Part shown: one piece after another, positions 12,856-28,906 of the stretch | How positions within the stretch are numbered: the first letter of the stretch is position 1 | How the letters are laid out: every line of letters begins with the position of its first letter | Assembly (NCBI RefSeq): GCF_009914755.1 | Contig: NC_060931.1 | DNA: 64,000 bases | Strand: one strand, 5' to 3' | From: the human T2T-CHM13v2.0 reference genome, Homo sapiens | Notes under the pieces: generated by a model | Databases searched by the model: none | Told to the model about the DNA's origin: nothing | Seen by the model: the letters and a program-made list of their open reading frames with translations, nothing else | Position numbers and translations under genes: made by a program

Positions 12856-15477
12856 AAAATTAATTGTTTTGGAAAAATTTGGAAATAAAGTGAATATAAT
12901 AAATACATATATATATTAGCTTAGAACTGGCATCTGTTAATGGAAAAATTGTGTTATACTTTTCCCTCAAAGTTCCTTACTTTCTCTGAAACCAGCCTGT
13001 ATATAACAATAGCCAGTCCGTATATAGCTACGCAGTTTATCCTGATGTAGTTGCTCACCTTCCTTTGTGCCCTGAATGTGGGCTCTTTGAGATCCACTGC
13101 TGTTACCACCATTTGGAGACTGCTCGGGCTCCTCTCTCAGTCTGTGGTTTTATGTCAAATCCTTTTATCCTTTAATTTCCACATCTGTACATCCTCCTTA
13201 GCACTAAGGCATCTTTTGATAATGATTATAAGCATGCAACATTGCCCTAGATGTAAATCAATCATGGCAAATACCCTTGCAGAGAACAGTATCTCTCTAT
13301 AAGGACATACAAAAGAAAACTGTATTATGCTTGAAAAGAAATATTTCTGAGATCACTTTATTCTTGATCTCCGAAAGTCATTTTAATCCTGCATTTTTAT
13401 TCACTGATGTATCCTTGTATCTGCCATCTCTTTCTACACTACATCCTTTTATTTTTCCCAGGGCTAAGTACCCGTATGCTTTTCCTTTCAATTTCAAAAT
13501 GTGGACCAGATGTTGGGACATAAGTACTAGTTTGGAACAAACATCTGTGCCCTTTTCAGGCAAGAAGAAATGAGAATGAGGTCAGGCATCTGGTTAAGGA
13601 CACAGGAGGCATCCCTGTCTCGTTTCTTAATTAGTTCTTCTAAGACCTTCTCTCATTCTATACATAATGTTTATAATTTAAAATTCATAGGGTCTTATGT
13701 TGAAAGGGAGAAACCACTGTGTGGAATATAAAATAAAAACTCATTTTACAGTGGAAAAATAATTTAATCTATCCAGCTTATTATTTTTCCTGGGCATAAA
13801 GAAAATACAATAATTAGGTAGCTGCATATTTTAATAGCTTTTAACGCTGATTGTAAACTCAATACTGAAGAAATTAGTGGTCAGTTGGTCTTTCTATTTT
13901 TATTAACGAAAACTGCCAATGAGAGGAAAGCTAATTTAAAAATCGTACAAGAGTAACCTTAAAAGTGACTTAAAACATGAAATATATAAAACACATGAGC
14001 CACTTATGCTGTTATAATTTCTAAAGTTATACCATATTGGCTATAAACCATGAATTGATATGAAATCTGAGCACATGCATACATATCACTCATCCTTATA
14101 CAAGTGGAGAGTTTTTTCTTAAAAAAAAGGGGGAAATGTTTATGTTTCAATATACTTGTTCCATTCCTAATAAATGAAATTCATTGCTGATCTCCATAAT
14201 GGGAATTCTTGGCTGGTGTCAGATTAAATGTGAATTTTTGGAAGTTTGTGAATGCCAGAAAATAAAAGGTGGTTGATTTCCAAAATCAAAAGTAAGATAC
14301 TTTAGGTATGTATGTATATATGTATTTTAATGTTTTCAGCAAAGCCAACTAGGAACACAAAAAGCAACAGCAGACTAGCAAATCACAACAAGATTTCCGG
14401 GTCAGTCTGCTGGTCAAATGAAAGTTCTTATCTACCTATGATTTAGGTGTAACTAGGAAAGCAAGTTGCTTGACAGAACTGAAAATAGAACAAAAAGTTC
14501 CAGATTCATCCAAATCTGAAAGTTTAGATATGGAAAACTTCCTCTGCTTGGGCTTTATATAAATTTTCTGAAGTCTCACAGATCCTTTCAAAGGGTTTGC
14601 TGTTACTGAGAATAGAAATAAAATCTCCAGATTCCTCAAAATCTGAGATTCTAGGCCTGGTTTACTTGTTCTTTTGGAGTTTTAATTTTTAATTAATCTT
14701 CTCCCAAACTTCCCAAGTTCTCCTTAAGGCCTCACATCAGTTTTTCCAGCTGTGATGCTGTGAAGCAATGCCTTGTCAGCATCAGGCCTAAAAGAGGTCA
14801 GTATCCCTTTAAAATAAATCTTAGGGTTTCACTAAAAAAATAAATATGTCTATAAGCATTCAGCTGAATGTGGATGATTTATGCTTCTATACATGCAACA
14901 GCCCATTTGCAATTTTGCTTTAATGGGATAGAGAACAGATCTAATTAGTATAAAGAAATTGGTAGGAAAGACAGTCTTAGAAATCATCTAATCCACAAAG
15001 TATAAATGACAACTTTCTATTCTTTGTCCATATAAAAATTTTTATGTAATTTAATTAATATTTAAATGTATTTTTTTCAAACTGCATTGCATAACACCTT
15101 GATCTTTATTCTACTGGCCTCATTCAGATTAAAGTTTTGCAGATTTTGATGTGGAAAGCACTATGGAATCAAGCCTGAGAGGATCAGAATCATCATTTGT
15201 CATTTGCTAAATGCAATGTCAAGTGGTAATTCAAGATAAATGCCTTAAAGATAATTCTGCAGTCACAGACGTATTTTTAGAAGTGTTGAATTAGATTTCA
15301 TATTCTCAACACTTCTGTGATCTTTATAGAAAGTGATGGACATATGAGGTACATAAACTATAGATAGTTATGATTGTTTTAGAAGCTGAGGTAAAGTGTA
15401 ATGTCATCAAGGGACTGCATGTGATGAATAAAACTAATGACTAGAAAGTTAATCAGTGTGAATATTCAAAAAATGAT

Positions 15478-15839
<362 letters not shown>

Positions 15840-16008
15840 CAAATAATGTATTTTTATGTTTAATTTGCAAAAATTATTATTTTTATTTATTTCTCAAGGC
15901 ACATGAGAAAATATCAAAAATTATTTTTAAAAAGCATTAATATATAATATGATCATCACTCAACAATGAGTTACTGTCATACACTTGTTTGAAGGCTACT
16001 TAAACTAT

Positions 16009-16360
16009 CCATAAAAGGAACCAAATCATATCCTTTGCAGGGACGTGAATGGAGCTGGGGGTCATTATCCTCAGCAAACTGATGCAGGAACAGAAAGCCA
16101 AACACCTCATGTTCTCATTTACAAGTGGGAGTTAACGCTGAGAACACATGGAGGGGAACAACACACACTGGGGCCTGTCAGGGGTATGTGGGGAGGGAGA
16201 GCATCAGGAAGAATAGCTAATGGATGCTGGGCTTAATACCTAGGTGATAGGTTGATCTGTGCAGCAAACTACCATCTCACATGTTTACTTCTATAACAAA
16301 CCTGCACATCCTACACATGTACCCTGGAACTTAAAATAAAAGTTGATGACAAAGAAAAAA
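16009..16360 (+). mobile_element. Older L1PA 3' end
   Basis: atcctcagcaaact...catgttctca...ggagggagagcatcaggaagaatagctaatggatgctgggcttaatacctagg...gaacttaaaataaaagtt. Confidence 0.9.
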
Positions 16361-16644
16361 AGACTGTGAGATGCATGTTAGATTATTGATATCTAATTAA
16401 TTTCATTTAATAAATGTCTATTAAGAAAAAAATCCCATCTAATACGAAAACCACGCAGGAATGTACAATAACAAAATCAAAGATTCAGTCACCCTCACAT
16501 GCATCTCTTTTCTGGAATTTTGGTTTGTAGCACATGCTACAACATTAGACAGTAGGGTTTATGTGGTACAATTTTTGTGGAACATTAGATTTTACATATG
16601 TCCTATACACATACATATACATACATACAAATATCTATGTAAAA

Positions 16645-17007
16645 CCTGATTCATTTTGTGTGCCAACTTGACTGGGCTATGGGGTACCCAGATATTTGGT
16701 TAGGTATTATTCTGGGTGTTTCTGTGAGTGGTATTTGGGAGGAGACTGATACTTAAATTGGTGGGCTTTGAGTAAAGTAGATTGCCCTCCATAATGTCTG
16801 TGGGTCTCCTCCCATCAGTTGAAAGCCTGAATCAAGCAAAAAGATTGGCTTCTCATGAGCAAGAAAGAATTCTCCTTCACAATGCTCACTGCAGATTTAG
16901 GACTTGCCACCCTCGATGATTGGCTGAGCTAATTCCTTATAATATGTGTATTTCTCTCTATATATACACATCCTATTGGTTTTGCTTCTCTGGAGAACTC
17001 TAATACA
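16645..17007 (+). mobile_element. MLT2 (ERVL) LTR
   Basis: gtgccaacttgactgggctatggggtacccagatatttgg...cctattggttttgcttctctggagaactctaataca. Confidence 0.85.
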
Positions 17008-17580
17008 ATACCCACATAAAATATGTCACTTCTTGTTGGTTATGAAAATACTCTTGCATATCAAAAACTCTCAGCACTACTTAACAATCAGAAGGCAACA
17101 AGATTATATTTCTTTCAAATGTAACTCACAGATTCCCCTCTTAATTCCTACCATGTAATGGAGAAATCAGGCCTGCTTCATTTACACCATCTTTGCATGA
17201 CTTCTACTCACCGATGAAATTGATTTTCTCAAAATAGCATCAACATTAAAATTTGTCCCATGGATGCTGACTCCTTCCATGGTTTTCCAAGAAGGAGAAA
17301 ATATATAGATGGTTATGTGTAGGTCCATGTGTGTGCATTTTAAGAATACGAATTTCCACATGCTGTTAGCACCAGTCATGTGATATTAGCTCAGCAGGTA
17401 TTACCACCTCACTCCCTCAGGTAGCTCCAATTGCAAGAGTGATATAGCCAAAACTTACAATTGGAACCTGGTTATAATATCAACATCACAGCACAAATTG
17501 CATGTAGCTCAGGTCACTCTCTTTACTTGCCTCCTTGCTTCAAAGGAACTACCTTCTCCTTGCAAATTTACCCAAGCCTA

Positions 17581-18111
<531 letters not shown>

Positions 18112-18314
18112 TTAGAACTATTGGAACAAGAGCAGATTCCTAAACTGGCCAAATCTCAGGAGAATGTTGACAACACCTGTGATAGGTTATATATAAATTA
18201 ATATACAAATTTTGAAATTGTCAGGAGAATGAAGTCTAGCTTCACAGCAAAAGCAGTTCAATACATTACTTGTTTTAATAAAAAATTATAACAAGGATTA
18301 TTAATTCTTATTAA

Positions 18315-19158
18315 GTGTTAACAAGCATGTGGAGAAAAGGGAATTCTTGTATACTGCTGGTGGGAATGTAAATCAGTACAGCCATTATAAAAAAGACAGT
18401 ATGAAGGTTTCACAAAATATTAAAAATAGAACTACTCTATGATCTAGCAATCTTACTTCTGGGTATATAGCCAAGGGAAATGAAATTAGTATGTCAAGGA
18501 GATATCTGTACTCCATGTTTATTGAAGCACTGTTCGCAATAGCCAAGATATGGAATCAACCCAAATGTCTATTGACTGATAAATGGATAAATAAATTGTA
18601 TGATATATATGTATATATACTACAACATACACATATATAATGAATATACTACAATATGCAATGAAATACTATGCAACCTTTAAAAAGAAGGAAATCCTGT
18701 CCTTTGTGACAACATGAATGAACTGGGAGGATATTATGCTAAGTGAAATAAGCCAGGCACAGAAAGACAAACACTGCATCTCACTTACATGCAGAATCTT
18801 AAAAAGTGAACTTACAGAAGTAAAATGTAGAATTGTGGATGTCAGTGTCTGGGGTATAGGGCAGGGAATGGGGAGATACTGGTTAAAGGGTACAAAATTT
18901 CAGTTACATAAGATAAGTCAGTTCTACAGATCTATTGTACTGCATGGTAACTATACTTTAAAATAATATGTAATCATGTATTATGCTTTTGAAAATCGCA
19001 TAGATCCCAAATGTTCTCAGCACAAAAACAAGTATGGGAGGTGATGGATATGTTACTTGGGTGGACTTAATCATTTCACAATGTACACATAGATCAAAAC
19101 ATCACCACTGTACACCATAAAAATATGTAATATTTATTTGTTAATAATACCTTAATAA
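18315..19158 (+). mobile_element. L1MA 3' region
   Basis: gtggagaaaagggaa...ctggtgggaatgtaaa...aagtgaaataagccaggcacagaaagacaaa...gaggtgatggatatgtta. Confidence 0.88.
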
Positions 19159-19468
19159 GGCTGGGCGCGGTGGCTCACACCTGTAATCCCAGCATTATGG
19201 GAGGCCGAGGTGGGTGGATCATGAGGTCAGGAGATGGAAACCATCCTGGTAACACGGTGAAACCCCGTCTCTACTAAAAATACAAAAAAAAATTAGCTGG
19301 GCGTGGTGGCAGGCACCTGTAGTCCCAGTTACTCAGGAGGCTGAGGCAGGACAATGGCGTGAACCCGGGAGGTGGAGCTTGCAGTGAGCCAAGAGAGCAC
19401 CACTGCAGTCTGGCCTGGGCAAAAGAGCAAGACTCCGTCTCAAAAAAAAAAAATATAATAATAATAAT
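19159..19468 (+). mobile_element. AluY inserted at the L1MA 3' end
   Basis: Perfect 16-bp TSD aataataccttaataa (19143-19158, 19469-19484); aatggcgtgaacccggga. Confidence 0.95.
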
Positions 19469-21580
19469 AATAATACCTTAATAAAGCTGGAAAACAGAAA
19501 AAGAAATGTAGTAAGAAGATACAGTAATAACTTTTAGTAGCATTTGTTTATTGCTTTGCAAAAATCTTTAAATTTTTAAAATAAATGTGATTCTCACAGA
19601 AAAATTATCTAAGGGAGTTAGAAAACTGTAGTGGAACGTGTCTAGACAAGAATAGGTGAATTGTCTGAATTCAAATCTAGTGAGGAGTAGAATCAGACGT
19701 TGGTCCCTTACCTTTTGACTCCGTACACTGTATGTGGTAAAGAATATGTGAAAAATAGGATTCAGTACCTGTCTAAATTTAAGTGTATTTGGGATAGACA
19801 ACTTAAATACCCACACTAGACAGCATTAAAAGTCACATAATGCTTTCACATAATCATTTGTAGGTCAGTGTTCTGGAAAAAAGGAAAATCAACGTAGACT
19901 AGGCTATTTTTATGTCAATGTAAACTGTCACTGCTAAAAATGAACCAGAAATGTGAAAGATAAAATATTTTCTTGTTTCCTAATAAGCTTCTCTCATGCT
20001 CCATGGTTATTTTTATTTTTTGAATACAGTGCAAATATTACTTTAAATATTCTAAATTTTTTCTTAGAGTTTTTCATTGAAGAAACTTCTATTTGGCGTA
20101 GTGAAAAGACATATTCTCTGAGGCTTGAATGAGTTAGAAGACCTCCGAAAAATAGGTGATATGATCCAGAGAATAGTTTGGAGCCAAAAAGAATAATACC
20201 ACATGTCACTACCTGGAGTAATTAATACTTCTTGGTGTGTAGCACACTGTTTTATCTCTACTTAAACCAAAGCATAGCCTTGTTTTGTTGTATAATTTAT
20301 CAGTTCTCTTTTCTTCTTTGTTTCTCCTTTACAATTTTTCTTCTCTTTCTTCAAGAAGAGATCTGAATGAGAATTAGTATGTTTACTAGCTCTGACTCAT
20401 ATGCAGAACCCTGATAAAGAAAACAGATGATCCTCTATTTCCCTACACAGCCACATTCTCCCCCTTCTAACTTCACACATAAAGGGAAGTTGATTATTAT
20501 CCAGACACTGTCTTCCCTTCTGACCTTGGTGTTTTCCTTTCCGAGCATCTCAGGATACTAATCACTAGTTGATCTCTTTATTAAAGTAATACTGCTCTTG
20601 ATATTGGTGTGAGATGCACTCCATTAGTACGTTTTGTTTTCAGAATATCTCTTATCAAAGCCAGATATAATATAGCACACAAAATAGTATGTGTTCTGCA
20701 ATATCAAGAAAGGAGATTTTTTAGTCAAAATATATCATTATTACTGGATAAATACACATGAGGCCCACGCAGAGTTCTTGACATTGGAAAAACTTATTTA
20801 CTCCTTGTAGCGGGGAATAGTATGTTGACTTAGTAGCATTGTGGATCACATGATTGATCCCTTGCAACAGTTTGGGCGTCTCTCTCATCATCTCTTTCTG
20901 AATAGTCCAGAAATTAGTAGTAGTTCTAAAAATTACTTAAATTACCCAACATCAGGCTATTTCCTCAAGTCTTCTTTAGAGGGAAATAACCAGATTGATG
21001 GAGGAGGAAACAATGCATCAGACATTAACCTTCCCCCTTGCAGGTGAGGTAGGCCTACACTCCAGTTCGTCATGGGAGCAAGGGAAGGGCAGAAAGAGGA
21101 AGTTGAATAGACTAGAAAGTATTAGAGGATAAATGGGAAGAAATAGAGGGAGGAAAATAAAACTGGAAATAAAAACTTAAGACAGAAATAAAAACAAAAA
21201 GGAGAGTGATGAATACAAGAAGGGAACTGTTATCTTGCTCAATTCTTCCTGTCTCTGATAATCTATTCTATGTTTCCTCAAGGGCTTTGTTATATTAAAT
21301 GAGTTTTGCCAGAATTATGTGTACTGTTGCCATGATTTCCATGTATTCACCTTTCTTTTTGAATTCTTCTGTCTCTTCCTCCTTCCCTTCTTTTTGTCTC
21401 CTGCTACCCCCATTAGTTCCAAATTCTAAGCAAAGGTAATCTACTCTTCAGTATAAATGAATGTTTCTGTCCAGTGGAATCAATATGTTAAATTATCTTG
21501 CCAACCTGTTAACCACGTGTCAGGAACATTGTTCTTAAATGTGATTGTGACAAAGCAACTAGATATCACAGTATACAAGT

Positions 21581-21771
21581 AATATATATGATACACACAC
21601 ACATATACGTACATATATACATACGTGCACATGCATATATACACATGTATATACATATATGCACATGTATGAATACGAGTAATATATACACATACATATG
21701 TGCATGTATGCATGTATATTATATACATGTATACAGATATATACATATGTGTATATGTGTGTATATATATA
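21581..21771. repeat. (TA/CA/TG) compound low-complexity repeat
   Basis: About 190 bp of largely alternating purine-pyrimidine atacatatgtgcatg-type units. Confidence 0.9.
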
Positions 21772-23158
21772 GAGTAACTTAAAATATTTTGACAAAAATA
21801 AGTTTTCATCAATACTAGATTCTAATATAGTGTTAACAAGTGCTAAAATTTAAAAAAATGATGGCAGGTTTGTAAAAAACAATAAAATACAATCTATTCA
21901 CTTATCTGTTTCCCATAAAAACAGAGAAAGGTTGACATCCTTTGTTTGGTGTGGATCACTATTTTAGGTGAGCCTGGGAGGAATGATTTGAGAAGCAGTG
22001 CTTTAGAATATCTGAATTTGAGACCAGATCAGGAAACATGGATATACAATGTGTTTGATCCTGCTATTATTTTAAATTTTCTCCTACTTATTTTCTTATA
22101 TTCAACTTGGTCACAATGCATTTTCAAAACAAAGCGTTCATTTTTTGACCACAAAAAACAGTTCGTTAATGAACCGTCTCAACAGAATACTTTTATTTTG
22201 CTCAATGTCTTTCCTTTGAAACTGTTTTTTTTTTTTTTTTTTTTTGGCTCTCTTTCTTTTCTCTCCAAACAACAAACAAATGAAACCGCAAAAACCCTGT
22301 CAATAGAAGTAAAGTTTTTAAGGCAGATTTATTGTCTTTCCTCCTCCCTATCAGAATATTTAATAAGGGTGTGGCTTTGGAAGGAAATTGTCTCAGTGAT
22401 GGCAGAAGAAATCTACGTAACAGATCATATTGAATATATTGTCCTAAAATGAATTATTTCAGAGAATAGAAGAAAACCTCTTATTTGTTAACTCATCTGC
22501 CTTGTGGAAATTGGAAACATAAGCTAATTAACAGTAATCCATAAAACCCATTAGAGGTGTAGATGGGAAAGATACTTTTTGAAGTAGTAAGTCTGTAAAT
22601 ACATAGTTGCACCTTCTTCCCTCTTTTTCTCTTCCTCCTCCTTCTCCTCCTCCAAATCCACAGCTAATATTTTCACTATTTGCGAACTTATCATCATTTT
22701 TAATACTGAACACGTTATTCTGAAGTGATCCATCATGCATTCTAATATCGAGTGCTTCATAAATGAGCAGCCTAGCACCACGCTTAGCACACTATGTTGG
22801 AAAGTCTTATAAATGACTTTGATCACAAAATGTTAAGAAAAAGTTGTTTCCAGATTGGCTGGGCAAGCGGGAATGAATTTGAGAGTTGTTTCACTGCATC
22901 ATTCTGGTTGCAAATACTCTCCTGAATTTTAATGATATTGTAGCCTGCCTCAGTGCTTGGACCCCATCAACTTTACTTCCATTTTCTAGCTGCCTTTTCT
23001 GCAGTCTATGATCATTCCATTTCTGAACCTAGTCTGGTGTCTGCTTTAATTGGCCTGCTTTTGTGATTTGTTCAGTTAGATTGGAGCTTTTCAGAAAGAT
23101 AGTCAGAAGCCCTGCCCATCACCGTATCCCCAGCTGAAGCCTCTTTGACTAGTCTAAA

Positions 23159-23191
23159 CATACACACACACACCACACACACACACACACA
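23159..23191. repeat. (CA)n microsatellite
   Basis: catacacacacacaccacacacacacacacaca. Confidence 0.9.
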
Positions 23192-26100
23192 GCCCTTTAT
23201 TTGTGTTTGTGTTTTCTAGTGCAAGATGTTGCAGTCTTGAGTCCAAATACTCAGAGGCTATAAAGGCAACAGTAGCTAGCTAAATTTTTCCCCACTAAAA
23301 AGCAAAGATTATGAAGTTTGTTTTTTTAAAGGGATTAAAATGTGGCAGGGTAGCAAAAAGGACTCAGATTGTGGAATGGCCTTGAGCAAAGCATTAAGGT
23401 GCAAGTCTGCAGCACAGAACAGTCAGAAACCTACCCAGCTGTGGGTCTTGTTCTTCCTCCATCTAAGTTCCAGAGCTATTAGCAGTTCCAGCTCTAACTC
23501 TTCAATGTGACTTTTAGTGAGGTGTGTAGGGTAAATTGAAGTCCTAGGTCTCATTTGTAGAAAAGTATTAGGTGGGCTGTTCCCTAGTCTGTTTGAATCA
23601 TCAAATCATAGAATTTCTGTGCATTCCATGTATGTGTGGCAGAATCACTTCCCTTTACACAAGATGGCTAAATGTTTAACCAGCTTCTGGAGAGGCATTT
23701 AAAAATGGGATCTTCTGAGACTTTGCATGCTGTCTTCAGACCTATCTTGTTTCAGAGTACTAGAGATTGATACGGCAGGATAGGTTATTATAGGAAACAT
23801 ATTTTCGTAGTCCAGAAAATGAGAATTTATTTGGTTTATGTTGTTGTTTTTTTATATGATTCTTTGGCTAAGACACTAAGAATGAAATCTAGTTATTGAA
23901 ATCAATTTTATCAGGAATTATCACATATACGGTGTATGAAAATTATTATCTGGAAGTTGGAAATTATTTTCTTTGCTCTTTTGTTGAGTCGCTTATTGAC
24001 TTAAGTGGTGTTTGCTACTTACCTGAGTAGTGGGCATTTGAATTCCAGGACTTTGATTGGACCTCTGGTCTGGTTTTGACTGTTTACGCTGGGCTACACC
24101 ATAAAAGCTCGTTGGGTTCTAAAGACTGAGGGAAATGATGATGTAAACTAGAATCAAAAAGTTGTTTTTACTTCCAACTAACCAGCAAAGAAGCGATTCT
24201 TGAATACCAAGTGAGGGGATTAGGTTCCCTTCACTTCCCTTTCTTTTTGGTAAAAGCTGATACAAAGTGAAGGATGCACCGGGTCAGAGGATCTGAGAGG
24301 TGAGAATTCTGACTTTCATGTGAGTGGCTGGGAGTGGGATCACATCAGCTTTCAAATAAGTTTTTGCAGCATCGCTATTAGGAATTCTGTGCTGTTTCGT
24401 AGAACTTCATCTTTCCTATACACAATTTCGTTACAGCAGGGCTGCATTTGAACTACAACAATGCTTACCAAATGTGTTTCAACAGGCTGTTGTTTTCAAC
24501 ACTGGTTAACTGTTAAATTTTACCTAATACAAACTGATAGAAAGGATCATTACTACAGATTAGTGAGTACATTTAATCTATCTTTTCACCCTTTTCCCAA
24601 ATTCCCTTTCCTTTATTCATTTGGACAGCTTTCCCCAACAATATTTATTCTAGATTCCAGTAGAAAATGCTGATTTTGAAGTAATCAGGAATTTATAGCA
24701 TAATAAAAGAATAATAGTTTTAAGCGTAATAAATGACTGAAATTGCTCATAATTGTTTGATGATTTTAGTCATTGAAAAGCCTGATTAGGCTTCATCTTC
24801 TGATCAGACCAATTGTTGAATAATTGACAAGCAACTAATTAATCCTAAAATGAAACAGTCTGATCTAAAATATCCCTACTTAATACTTTATTGTGCTTGG
24901 CATACTGCTGTTCCTGTGAAGACAGCTATAGTGTTTTGATGATTATGTGCATAGCTGTAAAAATTAATATGGTTTACACATACCTCTTCAGTAATATATT
25001 TTTTATACATTCAAATTTATTTCAATGTACTTTTATCTTGTCCCTCTTTAAACTCTTCTAAGTACAAAGTGGTATCATTGGGGGATTAATGGCTATTTAA
25101 TAATTTAATGTTAACAAATGACAATATATGAAAGACTTCCATCATTCAAGTAGCCTAAACTATTTGCAAAGAATTTATGAACTCTATCATATTTGAAAAT
25201 TAGCGTGTTAATTTTAATCAGTTTTCAAGTATATTACCACTTCTTAACTATATTACTACCATCTGGTCTTCTATTCCTTAAAATGTAGAATGTTCTGGTA
25301 ATTATTTTGCCTTTAAGAAAAACTAATACAAAAACCAAGTATTTGTGATGGAGTCGTTGACATGACTGATTTCAGTATCTCTAAGTAATTAGTTAAAATA
25401 TGCTTGTTGCTTTCATTAAAAGCAATTTTACACAGACTAATGCAAAAGATGATGGTAGTAAATAGGTTTTCAGGTCATTTCTGATAAAGTTAAATGTGGT
25501 TGTCATTTCAATTGATCATTCTGCATCTTTTCCAGACTGTCCATCCATCTCTTGGAACAGCCTGTTCAATAAATTCTACAGGAAATAATTTGGGTGATTT
25601 TAGAGAAAGTGCATCCTTAGATTAAATGCTTTTGGGTACTTTTATTTATTTCTATGATGGATAAGAATATATTTCAGAGTGTTAGTTTCCTGATTTATAA
25701 TTATTGAATTTCCTTGAAAAATAACTATTTGAATAAATCCCAAATGAAATACAAATTCTGTGCATCTCAAGGAAAACAATGAATTCAGGTAAAGTTGATC
25801 TAGTACTCACATAACTATATTTACATATGCTAGATAAAATTATTGATTACTTAGCACAAAGTTATAATGTCTTCCTGTTATTGAAATATTGAATAATACC
25901 TTGGAATAGTGTGAGAGCAATATTGTTCAATGTAATAGTAGTTGATTAAAAATACATGCATACATGGCAGACTTGACAAGCATCTTATTTATTTTGGGAA
26001 AAACTTGTTCAAGAGTTAAACAGTTTCATAAAGAAGGTGCATTTGTGTTCTCTAATACAATCAGGTAAAAGAAAAAAGGTAACTAGAGATAAAACAGAAA

Positions 26101-26259
26101 TCTTGATAGACAGTATAGAAAGATTTTGGGTGCAAAAGAAAGCATAATATTAGACATCTAAAATTTTTTAAAAAGTACATCAAAATTATCTCAATCTGGA
26201 GAAAGTCAACGAAGAAAACTAAGAATAATAACACAGTATGATAAAGACCGTGATCCCCC

Positions 26260-26496
26260 ACTTGTAGGTAAGAACATGCATCATGGACATAAAGATGGAG
26301 ACAATAAAGTGACGACTACTAGAGCAGGGAGGAGTAGAGGGGCAAGATTTGAAAACCTGTTAAGTACTATGCTTAGTACCTGGGTGACTGGATAATTCAT
26401 ACCCCAAACCTCAGAATCATGCAATACACCCAGGTAACAAATCTGCACATGTGCCACCTGAATCTAAAATCAAAGTCAGGAAGAAAAAAAAAAAAA
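26260..26496 (+). mobile_element. L1PA16/L1PB-like 3' end
   Basis: gtactatgcttagtacctgggtga...ccccaaacctcag...gtaacaaatctgcacatgt...gaatctaaaat plus A tail. Confidence 0.85.
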
Positions 26497-27134
26497 GAAG
26501 ACAATGATCTGGGTAACACAGGAAGTGCAAGGAGAGTGTACAACCCAGTCTAATGAGTTTCAAGGAAATGTCAAAAGACTGTGAGATTGAACTGACTCTG
26601 ATAATTATCAGTAGGAATTTGTCTTGCTGTTGTGCTGAAGTTCATGCAAAAATGCTCAACACATAGTTTTTTTTGTTTGTTTGTTTGTTTTTAAAGAATT
26701 TCGACAAAGAAATAAGCTCTCTGCTTTGGAAGGTCGGTAAAAGTCTAAGTTGCAACTTAAAAAAAGATGGCAAAGCTGATTCACCTGTTGCTTCTACCTT
26801 CCTCAGTAAGAATAAATAGTTGGGAATCTGGAAGGAGTTTAAAAAACTCTGCAAAATGAAAATTATAGACTGAGATAGGTGAAGCAAAAATAAGAGAATG
26901 CACAACCAAATTAAATGTTAGTCTCTAGAACCTGATAATATGTCTAAATACTGAAGAATTAGAAAAGTGTTTAAAAAAAACTGTGGAAGAAAAAGAGGCA
27001 CAGGATACTGTATAGAACACTTGTTTTCTCTGATGTCAAGTAAAAGAAATGATCAGATTCTAAAGGCAATAAATTGATAAGTTAGGACAATTTTTAAAAC
27101 ATTTCCTGAAATACTGTGTTGTTGCAAAGTAATA

Positions 27135-27400
27135 TGCAGCATCCAGCTCCTCCTTCCAGGAAGATCTGCTGTCCCAGTTGCAGGAAGTGCTGGAGGTGAG
27201 CTGCCTTTACCTGTCGCCCCCTTTGGGGTTCCCTGAGAGTCTGGCTGAGGGTCAAGCCCACATCACAGCAACCCTTCTCCTTCTGACCAATCCAGCTGCC
27301 TTCCCCTCCCTTTCACCAGTGTTTGCCCCAAAGCAAACTCCAGTAGCCATCCTGCACATCATCTCGGTCCCAGAGACTGCTCCCCAAAGAAGATACCCTG
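27135..27400 (+). mobile_element. LTR16-type (ERVL) LTR fragment
   Basis: GC-richer island ending catcctgcacatcatctcggtcccagagactgctcccc, resembling the LTR16 3' end. Confidence 0.6.
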
Positions 27401-27556
27401 AGAAAATGTTGGAAGCATTAAAAAAAAAAAATAGTGCCACTGCCCAGTTAAAGAAACAGAATATGTATAACCATTTCTTTTGAAGCTCATACATGCTCTT
27501 TCTCTTCTCAAATTGTTTCCACAAACTTCAGAGGTAACCACTGTCTTAATAATTGA

Positions 27557-27868
<312 letters not shown>

Positions 27869-27872
27869 TTAA

Positions 27873-28177
<305 letters not shown>

Positions 28178-28588
28178 TTAATTGACTTTTAAACTAATCA
28201 CTCCTCTGTTTTTCTTTATAAATTTAATCACACATTTGTATTTGTAAACATCATGTTTTATTTTGCATATTTTTGAAATTTATATACATGGAATGAGTCT
28301 GTTGATAGTATTCTTTATTTTGTTTTCTTTACCAAGGCAGCTGAAGATGCAAGGGAATAGAAGATGAGTTCACAAAGAAAAAATAAAGAGATAATAAATA
28401 AACATCATTAATGAAGGGCATATAGAGAAACAACTCTTACTTGCAAAATGCCTAGCACATATGACTCCCACTACCTGATACGTCCCTTTCTCCTTTCTCT
28501 GCCTGGTGGAGACTTGCCCAGATATTGCCTCTTCTTTCCTGAATGAATCTTTCTAATTTTTCTTGGTTGTGTTTCTTGCTATCCCTAA

Positions 28589-28906
<318 letters not shown>

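Noticed and set aside
21946-22452. 168-aa + strand ORF
   Set aside because: Non-ATG start, crosses a poly-T run (poly-Phe), no recognisable domain.
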